From Candidatus Poribacteria bacterium (GTDB taxonomy: Bacteria; Poribacteria; WGA-4E; WGA-3G), in NCBI GenBank assembly GCA_965242965.1, contig OZ251518.1:1856001-1920000 (forward strand): DNA of 64,000 nucleotides, read 5' to 3'. Shown one piece after another: positions 1 through 8,290 of the stretch. Under the pieces are notes generated by a model. That model searched no databases and had not been told where the DNA came from. It saw only the letters and a program-made list of their open reading frames with translations. Every line of letters starts with the position of its first letter. Position 1 is the first letter of the stretch. Made by a program: the position numbers and the translations under genes.

Positions 1-23
1 GCACTTTTGTGGTATAATTAATG

Positions 24-558
24 GAGGGTTTTTCATATCTCGATGGTTTCCCTGTAGGAGAGCCCTCGGGGCTCGATGCAATAGCCCGGGGCAGCGGCGA
101 CAGAAAGCCCCCCTTTATCGTAGGGCGTGGGCCTGTCCCTCGCCAGGCCTGGGTCTATCGCAGCCTCGCGGGGGACAGGCCCCCGCGCTACGGTGTCGGG
201 CCGGTTTCTTACAGGATGAGAGGCGTTCCAACATTAGAAACGTTTGGTCCATCAAACTGCGCTTCTAGTCCGTAGGACCTAAATGTCTATAGAAAAACGT
301 GCCACACCCTAGCAAGGTCCGTAGGACCTTAATAAGGGTTATAGGGTTGCATCGAGACCAGGAGGTCTCTCCTACGGGACGCTCGCGGGGAACAGGCCCC
401 GCGCTACGGTAACCGGACGGTTTCTTGACAACCGAACGGGCCCTTTCCCCGTAGGGCGAGGGCCTGTCCCTCGCCATGCCTGGGTCTGTCGCAGCCTCGC
501 GGGGGACAGGCCCCCGCGCTACGGTAACCGGACGGTTTCTTGAGTTATGAAACACCTG
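24..558. repeat. REP cluster (several GTAG-type families) bounded by inverted GAGGGTGTTTCATA-like motifs
   Basis: GTAGGGCGAGGGCCTGTCCCTCGCC, CGCGGGGGACAGGCCCCCGCGCTAC, GTAGGAGAGACCTCC.GGTCTCGA and AGGTCCGTAGGACCT units; gagggtttttcatatc at 24-39 and tatgaaacacctg at 546-558. Confidence 0.85.
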
Positions 559-624
559 CTGACAACTAGCGATTTCACGGCGACGCGGAAAATGCGAATC
601 CGGAAATAGGCGGAGGCTCACTTT

Positions 625-2313
625 ATGCGCACTTTAACTCATAACATTGCGAAGATTGTCAATAATTACCTATTAGCACAGCGAGAGACAGACCCTCGTC
701 CTACAAATATTGAGGTTATCTTTTTCGGCGGGCTGCTCCTTCTGTGCCTCATCGGATGCCACAAGCAAGCCCCGAGCCCCGATGCGCTCCGTCTAGAAAT
801 CGACACGCGCCAAACACAACCCCTTCGCCAAGAACTCTACGGCTTCAACACCAACATGATGAGCGGGGATTATGGCTACCTTGACCCGGGTTTTGTCTCG
901 CTGACTCAGGCACTGCGCCCGAAAACATTGCGCTTTCCCGGCGGCACCGTCGGCAATTTCTATCATTGGAAAACCGCTGGATTCGTCGAAAGCGAAATGG
1001 CGACAACGCTCAATACAAAACTTAATAAACGAAATAAGGGAAATTACGTCAAACTTCAGAGGCGGCGAAACGGAAAAATCGCCTTTGACGATTTTATGCA
1101 ACTGTGCCGCGAGTTAAGCATTACCCCCATCGTCGTCGTCAATCTCTGGACAGGAAGCCCGGAGGAGAGTGCCGAGTGGGTGCAATACGCGAAGACCAAG
1201 GGATATGAAATCGCGCACTGGGAGCTCGGCAACGAGTATTATCTGCCGCACTACGTTAACAAATATCCGACGGTAGAAACCTATATCGCGCGTGCGAAGG
1301 AACATGCTGCTGCGATGAAAGCGGTGAACCCCAATATAAAGGTTTCGGTGTGCGCCACCCCGGTCGCCTTTCACAAAGAGGGATGGCTCATCAAAACCTA
1401 TCAACGCAAGTGGGATGAAGGCTTGGCGGCGGATACCTCCTTTTACGATGCCTTCACCGTTCACGTTTACGCCTACAAAGCAGTGCGCGATGAACCCATT
1501 GAGACGATGCGCGGTTATCTCTTCGGTTGGATTCACTTCGCCGTTGACGAGGCACTTGACTATTACCAAGAGTTGTTCAATCCCGTAGGAGAGCCCTCCC
1601 GGTCTCAAGTAGGAGAGACCTCCCGGTCTCGCAAAGAAATGTGGATAACCGAATGGAACATCGCGAACCCCGGCAACCGCGTCGCAAACACGCAACTCCA
1701 CGCGATGTATGTCGGCGATTTCTTTCTGAAAATGTTGAGCATGCCAGAGGTGACACAGGCTAACTTCCATGTCATCGCGGGACCGGGCAAAGGTTTCCCT
1801 GTGTTTTCACCGATAACCCCGCCGACCCCTGGCACGTTTTGGAAATACGGAGGCGAACCTCCCGCCGCGCCCGATAATTTTGATGGAAAGGCGATAAAGC
1901 GCGCTGTCTATCCCACTTTTCAACTCATCGGCGAGGCGTTCGCGCAAGCAGATAAGCACTTTAAGTTGACACTGCACAATTTGCCAACCCTTGCGGGACA
2001 ACTGACATACAAGGGCAAACAGATGGATGGAATGCAGGCGCAAGCTGTCGGCGATGCCGAACGCTTGTTTATTCTCATCAGCAATCGGACAGGAGAAGTG
2101 CAGGTGCCGCAACTCGTGATTGACAGGAAACGATTCAAAGGAGAGGTAACGTATCGCTATGTTGCCAATGAGAATCTGGCGGCCTCAAACGGCGGGAATG
2201 CGGAGATGGAAGGTTCAGGCGGGATTGAGGTGCGCATTCAGGAATGGCGCGGGCAGGCTGACAAACTCCTCATTCCAAAAAATAGTTTCGGCGTAATTAA
2301 GGTGCAAAGGTGA
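625..2313 (+). CDS. GH-A clan glycoside hydrolase (GH51/GH79-like), probable lipoprotein
   Basis: LRFPGG, WELGNE (acid/base) and MWITEWN (nucleophile) motifs; LLLCLIGC lipobox-like segment; GGAGG at 612-616; start uncertain. Confidence 0.75.
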   Translation: MRTLTHNIAKIVNNYLLAQRETDPRPTNIEVIFFGGLLLLCLIGCHKQAPSPDALRLEIDTRQTQPLRQELYGFNTNMMSGDYGYLDPGFVSLTQALRPKTLRFPGGTVGNFYHWKTAGFVESEMATTLNTKLNKRNKGNYVKLQRRRNGKIAFDDFMQLCRELSITPIVVVNLWTGSPEESAEWVQYAKTKGYEIAHWELGNEYYLPHYVNKYPTVETYIARAKEHAAAMKAVNPNIKVSVCATPVAFHKEGWLIKTYQRKWDEGLAADTSFYDAFTVHVYAYKAVRDEPIETMRGYLFGWIHFAVDEALDYYQELFNPVGEPSRSQVGETSRSRKEMWITEWNIANPGNRVANTQLHAMYVGDFFLKMLSMPEVTQANFHVIAGPGKGFPVFSPITPPTPGTFWKYGGEPPAAPDNFDGKAIKRAVYPTFQLIGEAFAQADKHFKLTLHNLPTLAGQLTYKGKQMDGMQAQAVGDAERLFILISNRTGEVQVPQLVIDRKRFKGEVTYRYVANENLAASNGGNAEMEGSGGIEVRIQEWRGQADKLLIPKNSFGVIKVQR

Positions 2314-3476
2314 AGGAGAACAAAATACTCTTCGTTGTCGGCAACAGCCGAAGCGGCACAACGATGATGGGACGTATCTTGGGCAACCACCCAGACGTTT
2401 ACACATTCGGAGAGCTGCACTTCTTTGGGCAGTTATATTCTCCGCCACGGGCATCGCAATCGGTAGGAGGGACATCCCTGTCCCGAAAAAAGGATAACTC
2501 TGAACCCGTAGGAGGGACATCCTTGTCCCGAAAAGAAGATAGCTCTGAAGCGGTAGGAGGGACATCCCTGTCCCGAAAAAAGGATAGTTCTGAATCATTG
2601 AGTGAGCCGGCAGCAGTAGAACTCGCCGCGCGACTACTCTGCATTCAGCGCGAGGGATATCGGACGCACGGAAACCCGCAGCGGTTTCGAGAAGAGGCGC
2701 GGGCGTTTTTGGATGCATTATCTGAATCCCCGGCAACACCTGCTGCACTTTTCTCAGCATTTCTCTGCCATGAAGCGGCGCAGAATGGGAAATCAATTCC
2801 GTGCGATCAGACACCTCGCAACGTGTTTTACATTGAGGACATCTTGCGGTTTTATCCGCAGGCGAAAGTTATCAATATGATTCGCGACCCTCGCGATGTC
2901 CTCTTATCGCAAAAACGGAAGTGGAAGCGCAGATTTTTGGGCGGCACCGATATGCCGCTCAGAGAGACGTTCCGCGATTGGATTAACTATCACCCGATAA
3001 CGATGAGCCGCATCTGGCACACTGCTGTCTCCGCCGCCGATAGGTTTGCCGACAGTGACAAGGTGATGTCTATTTATTTCGAGGAACTCCTCGCGCAACC
3101 CCAAGCAACGGTTCGGCAGGTGTGTGATTTCGCGGACATCGACTATGCCGACACCTTGCTTCAGGTGCCTCAAGTCGGTTCATCTTCGGGTGCGGATAAA
3201 CCGACGCAACTCGGCATCAACCCAACGCGCGCGAACAGTTGGAAGAAGGGCTCGGGTTCAGGCGAGCCTGCGCTAAGTTCGGCAGAAATTTACCTCTGCG
3301 AAACACTGAACGCACCGTTAATGAAAAAGCACAACTATTCCATCGTCTCACGCCGGCCGAACCCGGTAAGATTAGCAATCGATGTGCTTTCGTTTCCTAT
3401 GAAATTAACGATGGCGTTCCTCTGTAATCTGGACAGGATGAAGAACATCCGTGAAACCCTCAAAAGACGAATCTGA
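2310..3476 (+). CDS. Sulfotransferase family protein
   Basis: 5'-PSB-like FVVGNSRSGTT and 3'-PB-like IRDPRDVLLS; GTGA overlap with the upstream gene. Confidence 0.85.
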   Translation: MKENKILFVVGNSRSGTTMMGRILGNHPDVYTFGELHFFGQLYSPPRASQSVGGTSLSRKKDNSEPVGGTSLSRKEDSSEAVGGTSLSRKKDSSESLSEPAAVELAARLLCIQREGYRTHGNPQRFREEARAFLDALSESPATPAALFSAFLCHEAAQNGKSIPCDQTPRNVFYIEDILRFYPQAKVINMIRDPRDVLLSQKRKWKRRFLGGTDMPLRETFRDWINYHPITMSRIWHTAVSAADRFADSDKVMSIYFEELLAQPQATVRQVCDFADIDYADTLLQVPQVGSSSGADKPTQLGINPTRANSWKKGSGSGEPALSSAEIYLCETLNAPLMKKHNYSIVSRRPNPVRLAIDVLSFPMKLTMAFLCNLDRMKNIRETLKRRI

Positions 3477-3587
3477 AAGAAATCTTTTTTTACTAATGCA
3501 AGCTTGCGCCAACGGCGCAAGCGGAACTAGTAAGATGACGGTATTGTCTCAGAAACCTTTACCGTTCGCTTTGCGCCAATACGAAAA

Positions 3588-4640
3588 ATGATAGCACAAT
3601 TGGACCGGCTTTACATCAAAACGCGCCCGACGAAGATGCTGACGCGTCTGATGAGCTACGCGCTCTTCGAGGGCCGTCCCGTGACGACAAAGGGCCGCTG
3701 GATAAACCCGCTTGTCTTTTCGTTGTTGAAAACGGTATCAGAAACGCCGGTAGGTGCGCAACTTTGTGAAAAGTGGAAGCGCGCCGTAGAAAAACCCATC
3801 TTCATCTTGGGAACCGGCCGGAGCGGCTCAACGATTTTAGGCATTGTGCTCTCAATGCACCGGCATGTCGGGTATCTGAACGAACCGAAGGCAATGTGGC
3901 ACCTCATCCATCCGAACGAAGATATCATCGGCAACTATAGCAGTGCCGAGGCGAAGTATCGCCTCACGGCGGAAGATGCCACGGATGCAATGAAGCACCG
4001 CGCGCATCGGTTGTTCGGTGCTTACTTAGCAAGCACGTTCTCGCATCGCGTCGTTGACAAGTATCCGGAACTCATCTTCCGAGTCGATTTTGTGCGCGCC
4101 CTTTTCCCCGATGCCCGGTTTATCTTTCTGGTGCGGAACGGCTGGGATACGTGTCACTCTATTGCAACCTGGTCAGAACGGTTGGGCGTTCGCGTCAACG
4201 GCGAAACACACGACTGGTGGGGGGTGGAGGACCGGAAGTGGCATCTCTTAGTCAAGCAACTCGTTGAGCCAGAACCGCTTTTCCACGGAGGAATCGCGGA
4301 GATTCAACATTTCGATCGACATTTAGACAGAGCTATGGTAGAATGGATAGTCACGATGCGAGAGGGGCTTCGGTTAATAGAAACCGAACCGGATGCTGTC
4401 CATCAGGTTCGGTTTGAGGAGTTGACATTGAACCCAGACGCAACGCTTGCGAGGCTGTGTGACTTCTGTGAACTGCCTGTGGATGCGCGGTTTCTCCATT
4501 ATGCGCGTGAGACGTTACGTCCGGTGCCGCCGCGCGAACCGTTTGAGGCGCATCCGCAACTCGCGCCGATTTTTCATGAAACGATGACACGTTTAGGATA
4601 TAATCATCAACAATCGACACCGGGCTCTCTCATATTTTAG
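3588..4640 (+). CDS. Sulfotransferase family protein
   Basis: PIFILGTGRSGST, DKYP and LVRNGWDTCHS motifs. Confidence 0.85.
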   Translation: MIAQLDRLYIKTRPTKMLTRLMSYALFEGRPVTTKGRWINPLVFSLLKTVSETPVGAQLCEKWKRAVEKPIFILGTGRSGSTILGIVLSMHRHVGYLNEPKAMWHLIHPNEDIIGNYSSAEAKYRLTAEDATDAMKHRAHRLFGAYLASTFSHRVVDKYPELIFRVDFVRALFPDARFIFLVRNGWDTCHSIATWSERLGVRVNGETHDWWGVEDRKWHLLVKQLVEPEPLFHGGIAEIQHFDRHLDRAMVEWIVTMREGLRLIETEPDAVHQVRFEELTLNPDATLARLCDFCELPVDARFLHYARETLRPVPPREPFEAHPQLAPIFHETMTRLGYNHQQSTPGSLIF

Positions 4641-4729
4641 GGAGATTATCGAAAGTATGTCTCCATATCAGAAGATATTTCCACTGAACCGAAGAGTCTT
4701 TAGCGATAATTCCAAAAATGCTAAAAAAT

Positions 4730-4758
4730 TTGACATCCGATGCAAAATATGGTATAAT
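4730..4758 (+). promoter_or_regulatory. sigma-70 promoter
   Basis: TTGACA-17 nt-TATAAT with TG extension. Confidence 0.8.
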
Positions 4759-4837
4759 ATTAAAAAACGTTCGGAGAAAAAACGCGATGTTTGACGATTT
4801 CTCCGATTGACAATCAGAAAATGATAGGAGATGAACG

Positions 4838-5410
4838 ATGCTAAAAATTCAGATAACCCTATTGGCTATTTTAATCGGCGGTCTTGCCTTTGTATCCTGC
4901 GACCGCGTCCAGCAGATGTCGCAACCAGTTTTACCGGATGAGGATGCGATGGATCCCGGTGTGCAAGAGACTCTTGTCGTTATTAACGAACTAATGGCCT
5001 CCAACTCCGATAGTTTCGCCGACCCGCAAGGGGAATATGACGACTGGCTTGAGTTGCACAACCTCACCGATGAGGCAGTGCTGCTCACGGGGATGTACCT
5101 CACGGACAAAGAGGACGATCTCAGGAAATGGGAATTTCCCGAAAATACTGAGATTCCACCAAATGGGTACTTGATTGTGTGGTTAGATGAAGATGAAAAT
5201 GCGCCCACAGGGTTGCATGCCAACTTCAAACTGGCCCGCGGTGGCGAAACCGTCATGCTCGTGGATACTGATGCGCGCAGCAATCAGGTCCTAGATGCAA
5301 TCACTTTTGGCGAACAGGAGAAAGACACTTCCTTCGGACGCTGGCCGAATGGGACAGGCACTTTCCAAGTGGTTCAAATGACCCCCGGGGCACAAAACAT
5401 GTCTAATTAA
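4838..5410 (+). CDS. Lamin tail domain (LTD) lipoprotein
   Basis: LAFVSC lipobox; VVINELMASN...DWLELHN...GMYLTD...NFKL...SFGRWPNG; AGGAG RBS. Confidence 0.8.
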   Translation: MLKIQITLLAILIGGLAFVSCDRVQQMSQPVLPDEDAMDPGVQETLVVINELMASNSDSFADPQGEYDDWLELHNLTDEAVLLTGMYLTDKEDDLRKWEFPENTEIPPNGYLIVWLDEDENAPTGLHANFKLARGGETVMLVDTDARSNQVLDAITFGEQEKDTSFGRWPNGTGTFQVVQMTPGAQNMSN

Positions 5411-5652
5411 ACGATTAACCGCAACGACGACGAAATCAACCAGAGGCATTTCGGTTCGGTTTTGATGTCACCACAGAAAATTGACAACGTGTCCGCCTCC
5501 TGTCCGTGGAGATTCGGTTGAACTTGCCCTGTTTGCGACAGGCGAGCGCAAACGACAGATATGGGCCAACTGAATGCCTATGGGTTAATTTCACAGCGCG
5601 CCGTTTTTGTGGTATCGTTAAGTCTGAATTCCGCAGAAATTGTCACTTTAAT

Positions 5653-5681
5653 TTGACACCGTGCATTTTTCGTGGTATAAT
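5653..5681 (+). promoter_or_regulatory. sigma-70 promoter driving a long structured leader and the LRR gene
   Basis: TTGACA-17 nt-TATAAT with TG extension. Confidence 0.85.
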
Positions 5682-5694
5682 TAACTGCAACGAT

Positions 5695-6029
5695 TAAAGT
5701 TTGGACAATTTACGCAAACGCGCGGCGGGGTGAACAATTGCAGCCGATCTGCACACGGTTCCATCCCCGCATAAGAAAGGATGCCGTTTTCTCGCGAGTC
5801 ACCGTTCAACGACTCAAAAATGGAGGTAGTCAACTTGCAGTGTCGGAAACCATCGAGACTCGGTACTGCAACTCCATAGAATTTCTTCGTGATGATAGCC
5901 GCTTTTTTAGGGCATCCTTATGCTCCAAGTTGGTTTCTTTGCCAACTACCAAGGAAACCAAGTCGCAGAATATTTCCACTGCTGCTTGATAAAGCGGCAA
6001 GAAACTTGATGCAAATTGTCCAAAGTTTA
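5695..6029 (+). ncRNA. Candidate large structured RNA (leader or sRNA)
   Basis: 12-bp perfect closing stem 5700-5711/6013-6024 plus at least six internal helices found by eye; begins just after the promoter. Confidence 0.6.
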
Positions 6030-6059
6030 GCAATTTCAAACTAAAGGTGTATAAATCTC

Positions 6060-8087
6060 ATGAAATTCTCACAGATACCGAATCAACGCGGACTTGGGCT
6101 CTCAAGGCAGAACTGGAGACTTATCCATGTCGTCACCCTGATTCTCACCGCATGCGTCCTATTTTTCGCACCACACCGGATAGCAACCGCACAGACTGTC
6201 CATATTCCAGACCCGGCCCTCCGCAAGACTCTTGAGATGGCATTGGGTAAAGAGGCTGGGAGCGACATCACCCAGGCGGAGATGGCGAGTTTAACATCCC
6301 TTCAAGCCGGATGCCGCTTTTTGAAGTTGTCGGAAACGGGACTATGGGCGCGAGAACGGTGGATATGCCAATCTACCAATGATGCTTTTGAATCAGGCAT
6401 TCAAGATTTAACAGGCCTTGAGTTCGCTACCAATCTGATAGAGCTGCAGCTTGGCCTCAATCGGATATCGGATGTATCCGCGCTCAAGGATTTAACGAAC
6501 CTGACACATCTCGCTCTTGGCCGCAATCAGATATCGGATGTGTCACCGCTTGAAGAACTGACAAACTTGACACACCTCTCTCTCAGAGGCAATGGGATGT
6601 CGGACGTATCCCCACTCAGCACTTTGACAAATCTGATAGAACTGGATCTTCACGGCAATCAGATATCGGATGTGTCACCGCTTGAAGAACTGACAAACTT
6701 GACACACCTCTCTCTCAGAGAAAACGAAATCTCGGATGTGTCAGCACTCAAAGATATGACAAAATTGATAATGTTAGATCTTCAACTCAACGGGATATCG
6801 GATGTCTCCCCACTCAAAAATTTGACAAATCTGAGATACCTGGATATTGATAGCAATCAGATATCGGATGTGTCACCGCTCGACACTTTGACAGATCTGA
6901 GATACTTGGATATTTCCGACAACCAGATATCGGATGTGTCAGCACTCAAAGATATGACAAAATTGGCGGCAGTGCTGGATCTTGACGACAACCAGATATC
7001 GGATGTGTCAGCACTCAAAGATATGACAAATCTGAGGAGGCTAGACCTTGACGACAACCAGATATTAGACGTGTCACCGCTCAAAGATTTGACGAACCTG
7101 ACATGGCTAGATCTTGACGACAACCGGATATCAGATTTGTCACCGCTCGAAGATATGACAAACCTGACATACCTAGATCTTGATGGCAACCAGATATCGA
7201 ATCTATCCCCTCTCAGTTCCTTGATAAACCTGACAGAATTGGATCTTGATGGCAACAAGGTATCAGATCTGACACCACTGAGTGTTTTGACAAACCTGTC
7301 AGAGTTAGATCTTCACGAGAACCGGATATCGGATGTGTCACCACTTAGCACCTTGATAAATCTGTCAGTGCTCAAGCTTCACGAGAACCGGATATCGGAT
7401 TTCTCCCCGATTGCCGGATTGATACCTAATCTGGTAGAATACGATGACAGCAGCCAAACGTTTCCGCCTACCGAGGCGGAGGATGTCAACGGCGATAGCA
7501 TAGTGGACATCTTGGATCTGACGCTAGTCGCCTCGCGCTTGGGCCAGACAGGAACTACTGCCGCGGATGTGAATGGGGATGGGAGAGTCAACATTCAGGA
7601 TCTCGTCCTGGTTGCGGGTGCTTTAGGAACTGCGGCAGGCGCGCCTTCCGGAACTTATCGCGATTGGAAGGTTAGTCTTACAAAAGCAGATGTTCAGCAG
7701 TGGCTCAGCCAAGCCCAACAACTAGAGGCGACAAACCCCGCGTACCAGCGGGGCATTGCTGTGCTGGAACAACTTCTCGCAGCTTTGACACCCAAACAAA
7801 CGGTACTGCTGCCAAACTACCCCAATCCGTGCAATCCGGAGACATGGATACCGTATCAATTGGCACAATCCGCGGATGTCACGCTCACCATCTACGCGGC
7901 AAACGGGACAGTAGTGCGGACCTTGGCTGTGGGCAATAAGCCTGCCGGCCTCTATGAGAACCACAGCCGCGCAGTGTATTGGAATGGCAGAAATGAGGCG
8001 GGGGAACCTGTTGCCAGCGGCGTTTACTTCTATACCCTCACCGCCGATAACTTCACGGCTACCCGTAAAATGCTCATCCGAAAGTAA
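6060..8087 (+). CDS. Secreted internalin-like LRR protein with dockerin-like repeats and a C-terminal FlgD-Ig/T9SS-CTD-like domain
   Basis: IPDPALR cap; ~15 22-aa LRRs (NQISDVSPLxxLTNLxxLDL); DVNGD repeats; LLPNYPNPCNPETWIPYQL...SGVYFY...TRKMLIRK. Confidence 0.9.
   Translation: MKFSQIPNQRGLGLSRQNWRLIHVVTLILTACVLFFAPHRIATAQTVHIPDPALRKTLEMALGKEAGSDITQAEMASLTSLQAGCRFLKLSETGLWARERWICQSTNDAFESGIQDLTGLEFATNLIELQLGLNRISDVSALKDLTNLTHLALGRNQISDVSPLEELTNLTHLSLRGNGMSDVSPLSTLTNLIELDLHGNQISDVSPLEELTNLTHLSLRENEISDVSALKDMTKLIMLDLQLNGISDVSPLKNLTNLRYLDIDSNQISDVSPLDTLTDLRYLDISDNQISDVSALKDMTKLAAVLDLDDNQISDVSALKDMTNLRRLDLDDNQILDVSPLKDLTNLTWLDLDDNRISDLSPLEDMTNLTYLDLDGNQISNLSPLSSLINLTELDLDGNKVSDLTPLSVLTNLSELDLHENRISDVSPLSTLINLSVLKLHENRISDFSPIAGLIPNLVEYDDSSQTFPPTEAEDVNGDSIVDILDLTLVASRLGQTGTTAADVNGDGRVNIQDLVLVAGALGTAAGAPSGTYRDWKVSLTKADVQQWLSQAQQLEATNPAYQRGIAVLEQLLAALTPKQTVLLPNYPNPCNPETWIPYQLAQSADVTLTIYAANGTVVRTLAVGNKPAGLYENHSRAVYWNGRNEAGEPVASGVYFYTLTADNFTATRKMLIRK
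6460..7410 (+). repeat. 66-bp tandem LRR-coding repeats
   Basis: Recurrent cagatatcggatgtgtca; copies starting near 6523 and 6655 are identical over ~65 bp. Confidence 0.9.
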
Positions 8088-8290
8088 TCTCCTGTGCCCG
8101 CTTGTAGGAGGCTCTTTGAGCACACCACTCAAAATGAAGCCAGAGCGAGCTCCCGCTAGCGATAGGAATCAGGATAACTTAGTCTGAATCTGGTGCGCTG
8201 CTTTGAAACAGGCGCACCACTCAGCAAACAACACGAATCACGGTAACTTCGTATAAAACCCGTTAAGGGCAACATGTTCGTAAATAAAAA

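Noticed and set aside
21-621. Short ORFs with VGRGPVPR / ARDRPSPY peptides (also near 18900, 44600, 50600-51300, 52100, 56850 and 61700)
   Set aside because: They are translations of REP arrays, not genes
3748-3775. Possible decayed REP (PVGAQLCEK) in the second sulfotransferase
   Set aside because: Only CCGGTAGG matches and there is no palindrome
5695-6029. tmRNA, RNase P, SRP or cobalamin riboswitch identity for the structured region
   Set aside because: No tRNA-like ends, GAGGAAAGUCC, SRP loop or B12-box signature was visible by eye
5738-6039. 83-aa plus and 69-aa minus ORFs in the LRR leader
   Set aside because: TTG starts, no recognisable motif or RBS; extensive pairing explains the region better
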